DNA of 64,000 nt. It comes from Acidimicrobiales bacterium (GTDB taxonomy: Bacteria > Actinomycetota > Acidimicrobiia > Acidimicrobiales > Bin134). The notes under the pieces were generated by a model. The model did not search any database. It was not told the DNA's origin and saw nothing but the letters and a program-made list of their open reading frames with translations. The DNA lies in NCBI GenBank assembly GCA_965116535.1, contig OZ220703.1, forward strand, positions 961,545-1,025,544, written 5' to 3'. Every line of letters starts with the position of its first letter. The first letter of the stretch is position 1. The position numbers were made by a program, and so were the translations under genes. This document shows positions 44,273 through 55,440 of this stretch, in pieces.

Positions 44273-44628
44273 CACCACTGGGGATGAGGCAGACTGGTGT
44301 GATGGGGTGGGAGCCATTGCCCAACCGGACCGGACCCAGGCAGTTGCGCGACGCGCTAGACCAGGTGGCATCTCAGCTGAGAGCGCCGCGGGCCCAAGTG
44401 CTGAAGACGGTCTTTGCCGCGTGGGAGGAGCTGGTTGGCTCGGTGATGGCCGCCCATTCCTCGCCGGTGCGATTGGTAGACGGGGAGCTCGTGGTGGCGG
44501 TGGATGATCCTGCGTGGGCGACCGAAATGAAGTTTTTCAGCACCGAGCTCATCGGCCGAATCAACGCCGCCGCGGGAGAGGACACAGTCGTCTCTTTGAA
44601 GGTTCGAGTACGCCCCCAGCGATCGTAG
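44269..44628 (+). CDS. DUF721 (DciA-like) protein
   Basis: GTGA overlap with recF. 119 aa. It occupies the Rv0004-equivalent position between recF and gyrB, and has LVVAVDDPAWATEMKF. Confidence 0.75.
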   Translation: MTPLGMRQTGVMGWEPLPNRTGPRQLRDALDQVASQLRAPRAQVLKTVFAAWEELVGSVMAAHSSPVRLVDGELVVAVDDPAWATEMKFFSTELIGRINAAAGEDTVVSLKVRVRPQRS

Positions 44629-44680
44629 GTTGAAGCCGAAGAACGCCTCTCCAGTGAGTCAATCTGACACCGAAAACTGG

Positions 44681-46807
<2,127 letters not shown>

Positions 46808-46822
46808 GCAACAGGGGATCCC

Positions 46823-49291
46823 GTGCCCGACGAGCTTGACGCCTCGCCTGAGCCTGAGGAGGCGCCGAGCGGCGCAGTCCAGGACATCGACATCCAAACC
46901 GAGATGGAGCAGTCGTTCTTGGACTACGCCATGTCGGTTATCACCGCCCGGGCCCTTCCCGACGTTCGCGACGGTTTGAAGCCGGTCCACCGCCGCATCC
47001 TGTGGGGGATGTATGACCAGGGCACCCGTCCCAACCGGCCTTATGTGAAGTGCGCCCGAGTAGTGGGAGATGTCATGGGGAAGTACCACCCCCATGGCGA
47101 CCAAGCCATCTATGACGCTCTGGTTCGACTGGGACAGGCCTTTTCGCTGAGGCATCCCCTGATCGACCCCCACGGGAACTTCGGATCTCCCAACGATCCG
47201 CCCGCGGCCATGAGATACACCGAGTGCCGCCTCGACGAGCTGGCCATGAGACTGTTGGACGGCATCGACGAACAGACCGTTGATTTCTCCGACAACTTCG
47301 ATGCCACAGAGCAGGAGCCGGTGGTGCTGCCATCTCGGTTCCCCAACTTGTTGGTAAACGGCAGCCAGGGGATTGCGGTGGGAATGGCCACCAACATTCC
47401 GCCTCACAACTTGGGTGAGGTGATTGATGCGGTAAACCACCTGCTGGAGAACCCGGAGGCCACCAACGAGAGCCTGATGGGGTTTGTGAAGGGCCCGGAT
47501 TTCCCCACTCGGGGTCGCATTATGGGCTACCAGGGCATACGGGACGCCTATGCCACCGGCCAGGGGACCATCAAAGTGCGGGCCGCCGCGGAGATCGTAG
47601 AGAGCGGATCCAACGTTCAGATTGTGGTTACGGAGATCCCCTATCAGACCAGCGCCGAGGTCATTGAGGAAAAGGTGGCCGATTTGGTGAACCGTCGGGT
47701 GATCGACGGCATTCGCCAAATCCACAACGAGTCGGCCAAGGGCCAGACCAAGCTGGTGTTCGAGCTGAAGAAGGATGCCCCCGCGTTGGTGGTGCTCAAC
47801 AACCTCTACAAGCACTCACCGCTGCAATCCAACTTCCCGGTGAACATGGTGGCGCTGGCCGACGGCGTGCCCCGGACCATGACGTTGCGCGACTGCCTGG
47901 CTGCATACGCCGACCACCAACAAGAGGTGGTGCGACGCCGAACTGAGTATCGCTTGGACGAGGCTCGCCGCCGAGAGCACATCCTCGAAGGTCTGGTGCG
48001 GGCAGTAGACATGATCGACGAGATCATTGCCGCCATACGGGCGTCGGAGAATCGGGCCGCGGCCCGGGAAACTCTTATGGACGAGCAGTTCGCGTTCAGC
48101 GAGATCCAGGCCAATCACATCTTGGACATGCCGTTGGGCCGACTCACCCAACTCGGCCAGCAGGAGCTGAGCGACGAATTGGCCGAGAAGCGGGCGTTGA
48201 TCACCGAGCTGGAGGCCATATTGGCCGACGATGCCACGCTGCGTGCTGTCATCAAAGAGGAGCTGCTTGAGATTCGGGAGTCGTACGCAACCGAGCGCCG
48301 AACGCAGATAATGGCCGACGAGGGCGAGATCGATATCGAAGCTCTCATCGACGATGAAGATTTGATGTTCAGCTTGAGTTCAGCCGGCTACGTCAAGACG
48401 GTAACTCCTGACGAGTTCAAGACCCAGGGGAGGGGCGGCAAGGGAGTTATCGGCGCCAACCTGAAAGACGGGGATTACATCGCCTCGCTGATTCACACCA
48501 CTGCCCATGCCTACCTGATGTTCTTCACCAACACCGGTCGGGTATATCGCATCAAGGCCCATGAGGTGCCCCGCACCAGCCGAACCGCTCGAGGCATGGC
48601 CATTGTGAACTTGCTGCACTTGGCCCCCGAGGAAACCGTTTCCGCGGTGATCGACACTCGGGACTACGAGACGATGCGGTACCTGCTGTTTGTGACTCGG
48701 CGAGGAATAGTGAAGCGAACCCGGTTCTTGGAATACGACAAGACCCGTACCCGGGGGCTTATCGCCATCAACCTGAAGGAGGGTGACGAGCTGGTGCGGG
48801 TGCTGCCCACCAGCGGATCCGATGACATCTGCCTGGTGAGCGCCACCGGGCAGCTCATGCGTTTCTCGGAGAGCGAGGTCCGGGCCATGGGACGGAACGC
48901 CGCCGGAGTGTGGGGCATGAGGTTGCGAGGCGATGATGTGGTTGTGGCCGCCAGTGCAGTACAACCCGGCGACGAGATGCTGCTGGTTACCGACCAGGGA
49001 TTTGGCAAGCGCACCCCGCTGGACGAGTTTCGGGCCAAGCATCGAGGCGGCTTGGGCATGCGGGCAATGAGGATGATGGACGGCCGGGGCACGGTGGTGG
49101 CCGCACGGGTAGTGGCCCCAGAGGACGAGGTGTTTGTGGTGGCGTCCAATGGGGTGACCATCCGAATACCGGTTTCCTCAGTCTCGGTGATGGGTCGAGA
49201 TGCCTCAGGGGTTCGGGTGATGAGCTTGGTCGACGACCAACTAGTAGCCGCAGTTGCCCCGGTTTTATCCAGCTCAGAAGACGAGGAATAG
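46823..49291 (+). CDS. gyrA: DNA gyrase subunit A
   Basis: SVITARALPDVRDGLKPVHRRILW, GKYHPHGD, and active-site AAMRYTE. 822 aa. Confidence 0.97.
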   Translation: MPDELDASPEPEEAPSGAVQDIDIQTEMEQSFLDYAMSVITARALPDVRDGLKPVHRRILWGMYDQGTRPNRPYVKCARVVGDVMGKYHPHGDQAIYDALVRLGQAFSLRHPLIDPHGNFGSPNDPPAAMRYTECRLDELAMRLLDGIDEQTVDFSDNFDATEQEPVVLPSRFPNLLVNGSQGIAVGMATNIPPHNLGEVIDAVNHLLENPEATNESLMGFVKGPDFPTRGRIMGYQGIRDAYATGQGTIKVRAAAEIVESGSNVQIVVTEIPYQTSAEVIEEKVADLVNRRVIDGIRQIHNESAKGQTKLVFELKKDAPALVVLNNLYKHSPLQSNFPVNMVALADGVPRTMTLRDCLAAYADHQQEVVRRRTEYRLDEARRREHILEGLVRAVDMIDEIIAAIRASENRAAARETLMDEQFAFSEIQANHILDMPLGRLTQLGQQELSDELAEKRALITELEAILADDATLRAVIKEELLEIRESYATERRTQIMADEGEIDIEALIDDEDLMFSLSSAGYVKTVTPDEFKTQGRGGKGVIGANLKDGDYIASLIHTTAHAYLMFFTNTGRVYRIKAHEVPRTSRTARGMAIVNLLHLAPEETVSAVIDTRDYETMRYLLFVTRRGIVKRTRFLEYDKTRTRGLIAINLKEGDELVRVLPTSGSDDICLVSATGQLMRFSESEVRAMGRNAAGVWGMRLRGDDVVVAASAVQPGDEMLLVTDQGFGKRTPLDEFRAKHRGGLGMRAMRMMDGRGTVVAARVVAPEDEVFVVASNGVTIRIPVSSVSVMGRDASGVRVMSLVDDQLVAAVAPVLSSSEDEE

Positions 49292-49340
49292 CCTCCTCTT
49301 CGTCCAAACTTCCCCCTCCGCACGACGATGAAGCAACAAG

Positions 49341-49709
49341 ATGGACGAACGGGGATCGATTTCGCTAGTGGGCGTGGGAATCTTGGCCGTGATCGCGATG
49401 GCCGCGGTGCTGTTGGCTCAGCTCGGTGCAGAAGCGGTTCGCCGAGCCCGGGTCACCGCGGTCGCCGATGTGGTTGCGATGGCGGCAGCCGTTGAGCCGC
49501 AAGCGGCCCCAAGGGTGGCGAAGGCCAACCAGTCAACGCTGGTTTCGCTGCTTGAAGAGGGCTTTCAGACTGAGGTTGTCGTGAACAGGGACGGGGTCAT
49601 GGCCACGGCGAGAGCAGAGTTCCGCCCCATTGGTTGGTGGCAGTGCCAATTACTTCCGACCAGCGATCCCGTACACTTCGGGGCGTGTCCATCGACCCCG
49701 GTCGGGTGA
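49341..49709 (+). CDS. Orphan TadE-like (Rv3654c/Rv3655c-type) small secreted or membrane protein
   Basis: The N-terminus MDERGSISLVGVGILAVIAMAAVLLAQLG has the TadE-type ERG-plus-hydrophobic motif. 122 aa. Confidence 0.5.
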   Translation: MDERGSISLVGVGILAVIAMAAVLLAQLGAEAVRRARVTAVADVVAMAAAVEPQAAPRVAKANQSTLVSLLEEGFQTEVVVNRDGVMATARAEFRPIGWWQCQLLPTSDPVHFGACPSTPVG

Positions 49710-50218
49710 GCGATCCTGCTGCCGCACCGCCGCCGAGCCAGGCGGTGGCGCGCCAACCGGTAAGGGTCACCCCGCGGGAGTACCGGCGGGCAGTGAGATT
49801 GCAGGCCCGCAAGGTGCGCCGAGTGATTCGGCACATCGAGCCTTGGTCGGTATTGAAGATCTCGTTGATCTTCTACTTGTGCCTGTGGGTAATCGTCATG
49901 CTGGCCGGTGTCATGCTGTGGAGCATCGCAGTGGGATCGGGCACCGTGGATGACACAGAATCGTTCATTGAAGAGTTGTTCGCCTTGCAGGAGTTCAAGT
50001 TCAACGCCAGCCAGATATTCCGCGGCTTTGCCATCGGCGGGCTGGTGTTGGTGGTGGCAGGCACGTTCTTCAACGTTTTGCTGTGCGTGCTGTTCAACCT
50101 GATCAGTGATCTAACCGGTGGCATGAGGGTCACCGTCATCGAAGAGGAGACAGCTCGCCAGCGGCCCCGGACCCGACCTCCGCTATTTCGTTGGCCTAGC
50201 TGGATCCCTCGTAAGTAG
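49706..50218 (+). CDS. DUF3566 membrane protein (Rv0007-like)
   Basis: GTGA overlap with the upstream ORF. IEPWSVLKISLIFYLCLWVIVMLAG...FNLISDLTGG. Conserved position after gyrA. Confidence 0.7.
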   Translation: MSDPAAAPPPSQAVARQPVRVTPREYRRAVRLQARKVRRVIRHIEPWSVLKISLIFYLCLWVIVMLAGVMLWSIAVGSGTVDDTESFIEELFALQEFKFNASQIFRGFAIGGLVLVVAGTFFNVLLCVLFNLISDLTGGMRVTVIEEETARQRPRTRPPLFRWPSWIPRK

Positions 50219-50240
50219 TCTCTTCATTCGGTTTGGCCTT

Positions 50241-50314
<74 letters not shown>

Positions 50315-50364
50315 CACTGTTCCAGCCAATTGGCCCGGTTGCGCCCTTGTTTTGGAGGGTTAGG

Positions 50365-50511
50365 ATGGCAGCTGTGAAAATTCTGCGAAGAGCGTTGGTT
50401 GCTCTGGCAGGGGCGGCCGCCATTGCGGCCATTTTGCGTGCTCGGGGTACCGGGGGCGTACCGCCTCAGTCGGGCGGTTGGCGCCAGATCAGCGGCAGCA
50501 GCAAGTTCTGA
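50365..50511 (+). CDS. Possible small membrane-anchored protein (48 aa)
   Basis: GGAGGG lies 5 nt before the ATG. Hand translation: MAAVKILRRALVALAGAAAIAAILRARGTGGVPPQSGGWRQISGSSKF. No recognised family. Confidence 0.3.
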   Translation: MAAVKILRRALVALAGAAAIAAILRARGTGGVPPQSGGWRQISGSSKF

Positions 50512-50530
50512 TCTCCACTAGCTGAACAGC

Positions 50531-51505
50531 ATGGACATCTTGGTTGTCGGCGCGGGCGTGGTCGGCGCCGGAGTGGTGAAGCTTTTGGCCGACTCGTCGT
50601 CGATCCCTGTCGGCCGGGTGGCGGTTGTCGATCGAAATCCCGACCGGGCCTGGTATTTGTCCAAGAAGCACGGCTCCCCAGTGGTTGTGGGCAGCTTGGA
50701 TGATTCCGCCGACGTGGTGGTGCTGGCCACCGCGGCCGGCAGCCAAGCCCGGCTAGCTCGTCGGGTATCGGCCAAAGGGCAGGTGGTAATGGCCACATCT
50801 GATTCGGTGTCGGATGTGAGACGGCTGTTGGGAATGAACGGGGCGCTTCGGCAGCAGAATTCTCTGGTGGTTGCCGGCGCGGGCATGGCACCTGGGCTGA
50901 GCGACGTTTTGGCTGTTCGAGCTGCTGAGGCATTCGACCGAGTGACCGAAGTACACGTGGCCAAGTTCGGCACCGGGGGGCCGGATTGTGCGCGTCAACA
51001 CCACAAGGCCCTGAGCTCGCTGGCGCTGGAGTGGCGGGGTGGTTGGAGGCAGCGGCCCGGTGGATCAGGCCGGGAGCTTTGTTGGTTTCCAAGCCCGGTG
51101 GACGCAGCCGATTGTTATCGGGCCGCGCTGCCCGACCCGATGTTGCTGGTGCGGAAGTTCAGTCGAGCAGATCGCATTACCGCCCGCATGGCGGCCACTC
51201 GGAGGGATCGCTTTAGTTCTTGGCTGCCCATGCTGCGGCCGCCGCATCCCGAGGGGAAGCTGGGGGCAGTGCGGGTGGAGGTGCGGGGCCAGATGGATGG
51301 TGCTTGGACTGGGCGGATCTTGGGGGCGTCGGCAGCGCCGGGGTTTGCGGCTGCGGCGGTTGTGATGAGCACACTTGAGCTGATCGGGGCAGGGAAGGTT
51401 GATGGAGCTGGGGTGGTGGGGCTATCGGAGATTGTGGATGCGGGGGAGTTCTTGGACTTGGTGGCTAAGAATGGGGTGGCAGCTGAGGAATTCGCTGGCG
51501 CTTAG
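50531..51505 (+). CDS. NAD(P)-binding Rossmann-fold protein, saccharopine-dehydrogenase-like
   Basis: The N-terminus MDILVVGAGVVGAGVVKLL has GxGxxG. The remainder was not confidently assigned. Confidence 0.45.
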   Translation: MDILVVGAGVVGAGVVKLLADSSSIPVGRVAVVDRNPDRAWYLSKKHGSPVVVGSLDDSADVVVLATAAGSQARLARRVSAKGQVVMATSDSVSDVRRLLGMNGALRQQNSLVVAGAGMAPGLSDVLAVRAAEAFDRVTEVHVAKFGTGGPDCARQHHKALSSLALEWRGGWRQRPGGSGRELCWFPSPVDAADCYRAALPDPMLLVRKFSRADRITARMAATRRDRFSSWLPMLRPPHPEGKLGAVRVEVRGQMDGAWTGRILGASAAPGFAAAAVVMSTLELIGAGKVDGAGVVGLSEIVDAGEFLDLVAKNGVAAEEFAGA

Positions 51506-52272
51506 CCGTTGAGGAGTCCGAGGAGTTCTTCGTGGAAGTTTCCGTTGGTGGCCAACCAGTCGCCGGCTTGGGGGGTGTTGCTTCCGTTCCACTGGGTGAT
51601 TTGGCCGCCGGCCTCGGGGATGATGACGAGCATGGGGGCTATGTCCCAGAGATTCAGACCGGGGTCGATCATGGCGTCGGTGCGACCAGTGGCGACCAGC
51701 ACATAGCCGTAGCCGTCTCCCCAAGTGCGCAGTCGAGCGCCGGTTTGGCTCACCCGGGCGAAGGCGCCTTCGGGCCACCATTCGAAGCCCGAGGCGCAAA
51801 GGTACGACCCGCTTAGCTCGGGTTGCGTGCTGACTTGGCAGCGGCGGCCGTTGTGGAAACAGCCCAGCCCGCGGCCGGCCCACACTGCTTCGTTGAGAGG
51901 GGGGACAGCCGCGACACCGATGGCAGGGCCTTGCTGGTCGATCAGGGCTAGGAGCGTGGTGTACAGGGGCACGCCGCGGACAAAGCTGCGGGTGCCGTCG
52001 ATGGGGTCGATTACCCAAGTGCGCCCCGACGTGCCCTGGGCTTCGGGGAACTCCTCGCCGATCACCGCGTCGTCGGGGAACCGCTCGGCCAAAGCCTCTC
52101 GAAGAAAAGCCTCCGCGGCCTTGTCGGCCTCGGTTACCGGAGAGCCGTCGTCCTTGCGGTTCACGGAAAGCTCGTGGTCGTTGAACCAGCGCAGCGTCAA
52201 CTCCCCTGCTTGGCGAGTTAGTGCGACTGCCTCCTCTAGCAGTTCGGCAGAAGCCAAACTGGGATTGGTCAT
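51502..52272 (-). CDS. Inositol monophosphatase family protein (HisN/SuhB-like)
   Basis: DGSPVTEADKAAE, WVIDPIDGTRSF and WDIAP motifs. The track ORF was trimmed to ATG 52272, giving an ATGA overlap with the upstream gene. Confidence 0.8.
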   Translation of the reverse strand: MTNPSLASAELLEEAVALTRQAGELTLRWFNDHELSVNRKDDGSPVTEADKAAEAFLREALAERFPDDAVIGEEFPEAQGTSGRTWVIDPIDGTRSFVRGVPLYTTLLALIDQQGPAIGVAAVPPLNEAVWAGRGLGCFHNGRRCQVSTQPELSGSYLCASGFEWWPEGAFARVSQTGARLRTWGDGYGYVLVATGRTDAMIDPGLNLWDIAPMLVIIPEAGGQITQWNGSNTPQAGDWLATNGNFHEELLGLLNG

Positions 52273-53501
52273 CCCAGAATGCCCTGGTCCCGTAGCGCGG
52301 CCAGTCGGTCTTCGCTCAGCCCCAGCACGTCGCTCAGTACCTCGTCGGTCTGCTGGCCGACGGTGGGGGCGTGAGTGGGCACAGGGAGTTCCTCGTCGAA
52401 GAAATTGACGGGAAGGGGGAGCTGCTCGCAGCCCACTTGCTCGGTGGTGAACAGCGGGAGGCGGTCTTGGAACTGCGGGTCGTCGACCACGTTCTTGGCG
52501 TTGTTCACCGGGGCAATGGGGGTGTTGACCCGATCGCCGAACTCCAGCCACTCGGTGCTGGTCTTGGTGCGGAAGATGTCCCGCAATTCCCGTTGCAATT
52601 CCAGGTTGCCCCGGGCATGGTCGGCGTACTTCGACCCGGGCCAGCGATCGAACAGATCCATCCGGTCGAGGGCCTCGCAGAAGTTGCGCCAGAAAGCCTG
52701 CTCTGAGGCCATAAACAGCACGTGGCCGTCAGACGATTCGTACATCTGGTAGCGGACGCCCTCCCACATGCCGGCCAAGCCCGGTGCTCGACGCTCATAG
52801 TTGTCTGACGGATTGCCGGTGACCTCGTCTTCAGGCCGTTCGTAAGCCTTCCAGGTCTCGATGCGGTACCAGTCCATGTAGGCGGCGCCGTCAGACTGGG
52901 CCAGTTCGAGCCGGCAGCCCTCACCGGTTTCTCGGGCTCGGGTGATGCCGGCCAAAAGCGCAAATGCGCCGATGAGCGGGGCAATGTTGATGCCGATGTT
53001 GGGCATCTCCGGAATGCGACAGAAGCCGTCGTCGTCATAAGCGGGAGGGATGAGGCCGGCCCAAGTGTCGTAGGCGATGCCGTGGCTGGGCATGTCCTTG
53101 TACGGGCCGGTCATGCCGTATCCGCTGATGGTGGCGAACACGATCTTGGGGTTGACCTCTTTGAGCTGTTCGTAGCCAAGGCCGCGCCGTTCCAAGGCAC
53201 CGGGCCGCATGGCCTCCACCACGGCATCCGCGTTGCGAGCCAGATCTAGGTACAGCTCCACGCCCTCGGGCTCGCGCAGGTTGAGCACGATGCTCTTCTT
53301 GCCTCGGTGGGTGTGCAAATGAAGCAGCGACACCCCGTTGACAATGGGCCAGGTCATTTCGCGGATGTAGTCGCCCTGGGGAGGCTCCACCTTGATTACA
53401 TCGGCCCCGAGATCAGAAAAGAACGTGGTCAAAAATCCCGGCCCGAGCAACGAGCTCTCGATTATTCGAAGGCCGGCGAGAGGCGGTTTTGCGTGGCTCA
53501 T
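52269..53501 (-). CDS. Family III CoA-transferase (CaiB/BaiF)
   Basis: PLAGLRIIESSLLGPGFLTTFFSDLGADVIKVEPPQGDYIR is the typical N-terminal signature. Confidence 0.85.
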   Translation of the reverse strand: MSHAKPPLAGLRIIESSLLGPGFLTTFFSDLGADVIKVEPPQGDYIREMTWPIVNGVSLLHLHTHRGKKSIVLNLREPEGVELYLDLARNADAVVEAMRPGALERRGLGYEQLKEVNPKIVFATISGYGMTGPYKDMPSHGIAYDTWAGLIPPAYDDDGFCRIPEMPNIGINIAPLIGAFALLAGITRARETGEGCRLELAQSDGAAYMDWYRIETWKAYERPEDEVTGNPSDNYERRAPGLAGMWEGVRYQMYESSDGHVLFMASEQAFWRNFCEALDRMDLFDRWPGSKYADHARGNLELQRELRDIFRTKTSTEWLEFGDRVNTPIAPVNNAKNVVDDPQFQDRLPLFTTEQVGCEQLPLPVNFFDEELPVPTHAPTVGQQTDEVLSDVLGLSEDRLAALRDQGILG

Positions 53502-53584
53502 GTCATTGTCCCTCCGTCAACCCTCAGGATGTTGATCTGGAATTGCGGCGTGGCTCATGTCATTGTCCCCCCGTCAACTCTGAG
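53491..53584. repeat. Imperfect 37-bp direct repeat (period 57 bp) spanning the SDR stop and the CoA-transferase start
   Basis: GCGTGGCTCATGTCATTGTCCCTCCGTCAACCCTCAG at 53491-53527 versus GCGTGGCTCATGTCATTGTCCCCCCGTCAACTCTGAG at 53548-53584 (3 mismatches). Confidence 0.9.
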
Positions 53585-54268
53585 AACGATCCCATTGCAG
53601 TAGCTGGCGTCATCGCTGGCCAGAAAGGCGAAAGCGGCGGCTAGTTCGGAAGGTTGGCCCGGACGCTCAAAGGGCATGATGCGGGCCATGAGGGTGAGAT
53701 CTACATCCTCGGGCGGGGTGAATTGGGCCCCGATTGCCGTCTCCACGCCGCCCGGAGCGATGCAGTTGACCCGTACGCCCGATCTCCCGTTGGTGATGGC
53801 CATGGTTTGCGTGAGGGCGATGACGCCGCCTTTGGAGGCGGAGTAGGCAGAACTCCACGGCTGGGCGTGGGTGCCCGCAGTTGAGGCGGTGTTCACAATG
53901 CAGCCCTGCGACTCGATCAAGTGGGGCAGACACGCTTGCGACATGAGGTAGGTGCCGGTGAGGTTTACCCCGATAACCCGATTCCATGCTTCGAGAGTCT
54001 CATCTTCGTCGGTGGCAAAATGACCGATCCCGGCAATGTTGCACAACACGTCGATTCGGCCATAGGCATCCACCACTTGGGTGACTGCGGGGGCGATGGC
54101 TTTGAGGTCGAGCAGATCAAGTGCGATGGCCATATCTACGTCGTCGACCGGGTCTCGGTCGATGCCCACCACGGTTCCACCTTCGGCTCGCAGCCGGGTC
54201 GCCGTGGCTCTGCCGATGCCGGAAGCCGCCCCAGTGACTATGACGACTTTGTTCTCAAGTCGGTTCAT
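53555..54268 (-). CDS. Short-chain dehydrogenase/reductase (SDR)
   Basis: VVIVTGAASGIGRA (TGxxxGxG), NIAG, and catalytic YSASKGG. Trimmed to ATG 54268. Confidence 0.9.
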   Translation of the reverse strand: MNRLENKVVIVTGAASGIGRATATRLRAEGGTVVGIDRDPVDDVDMAIALDLLDLKAIAPAVTQVVDAYGRIDVLCNIAGIGHFATDEDETLEAWNRVIGVNLTGTYLMSQACLPHLIESQGCIVNTASTAGTHAQPWSSAYSASKGGVIALTQTMAITNGRSGVRVNCIAPGGVETAIGAQFTPPEDVDLTLMARIMPFERPGQPSELAAAFAFLASDDASYCNGIVLRVDGGTMT

Positions 54269-54282
54269 GCCCAAAGCATGGC

Positions 54283-54768
54283 CTATTGCGGCGGTCGACG
54301 ATGCATCAAGGCAGAGCGAACGGCCTTGCAAACCAGGGTTTCTGAGCCCGCGGTGTACGCCCGGTGCTCGAAGGTGACCACTCCTTGGGTGGGGCGGGAC
54401 TTCGACGGGCGGGCGTCGAGCACTTCTGTTTCCACCCGAAGGGTGTCCCCGGCAAACACCGGAGCACCAAAGGAGACCTCTTGGAATCCGAGGTTGGCCA
54501 CGGTGGTGCCCATGGTTGTCTCGTGGACGCTGATGCCCACGGTGAATCCCAAGGTGAGCAAGGAGTTGACCAGTGGTTTGCCGAATTCGGTACCCGATGC
54601 GTAATCGGCATCGAGGTGGATGGGTGCCGGGTTCATGGTCATGGTGGTGAAAGCCACATTGTCGGCCTCGGTGACCGTGCGGCGGATGGCGTGGTGGACA
54701 ACCAGGCCCGGGGTCAACTCCTCAAACCACAGGCCGGTAACGGTGGGTTCGCTCGGACTGTCGGACAC
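54283..54768 (-). CDS. MaoC-like (R)-specific enoyl-CoA hydratase/dehydratase
   Basis: 161 aa, hot-dog fold pattern ([12 protein letters not shown]...[11 protein letters not shown]...[10 protein letters not shown]). Confidence 0.8.
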   Translation of the reverse strand: MSDSPSEPTVTGLWFEELTPGLVVHHAIRRTVTEADNVAFTTMTMNPAPIHLDADYASGTEFGKPLVNSLLTLGFTVGISVHETTMGTTVANLGFQEVSFGAPVFAGDTLRVETEVLDARPSKSRPTQGVVTFEHRAYTAGSETLVCKAVRSALMHRRPPQ

Positions 54769-54777
54769 AGAAGAAAG

Positions 54778-55413
54778 CTACCGGACCGGTGCCGCCCTGG
54801 GCGCGGCGCGAGCCGGCGCCTCGATGATCCCAGTCAGCATGTCAACCAGGTTGGCGGCGTACACGTCTTCATGGGTGTCCAGAGGTTCGCCCGCCTCGAT
54901 ACGGCGAGCTCGCTCGGCCAACGAGGCAGTCATCAGCTGGATCATGGCCAGCACCCGCTCGTCTCGCTGGGCCTTGTCGCCGGCCAGGGCCCGATCTCGA
55001 AGCAGCCGCAGGATGGCATTGAGGTTGGCCGGAACGTGGGTGGGGTCGAGATCCCAGCGGGCGAACTCGGCGCTGAGCTGAGCCACGATGCGCAGGTAGC
55101 ACCGACCGCTGGCCGTGGGGAGCCGCCGGATCAGCGGCCGGATCAGGGCCTCGATGAGCGCCGAGGTCCTGTCGTCGCCCAACTCGGCCCACACCTCGCC
55201 CCGCTCCTGGTCGATGGGCTCTCCGTGATCCCGAAGGATGGAGTCGAGCACCCCTTGGCGGGAGCCGAAGTGGTAGGAGAGCGCCGAGGGGTTCCGCTGG
55301 CCGGCCGCGGCCACGATGTCTTGCACCCGCACCCGCCAGATGCCCTGGTCGGCGAACAGGCGCTCGGCTTCGGCGATCAGCCGGCTGCGGGTTTCGGTGG
55401 CGTCGCGCGGCAT
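54778..55413 (-). CDS. TetR family transcriptional regulator
   Basis: N-terminal HTH TRSRLIAEAERLFADQGIWRVRVQDIVAAAG. Confidence 0.85.
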   Translation of the reverse strand: MPRDATETRSRLIAEAERLFADQGIWRVRVQDIVAAAGQRNPSALSYHFGSRQGVLDSILRDHGEPIDQERGEVWAELGDDRTSALIEALIRPLIRRLPTASGRCYLRIVAQLSAEFARWDLDPTHVPANLNAILRLLRDRALAGDKAQRDERVLAMIQLMTASLAERARRIEAGEPLDTHEDVYAANLVDMLTGIIEAPARAAPRAAPVR

Positions 55414-55440
55414 GGGCGCTCGCTCCTGGGTCTGGGTGGC

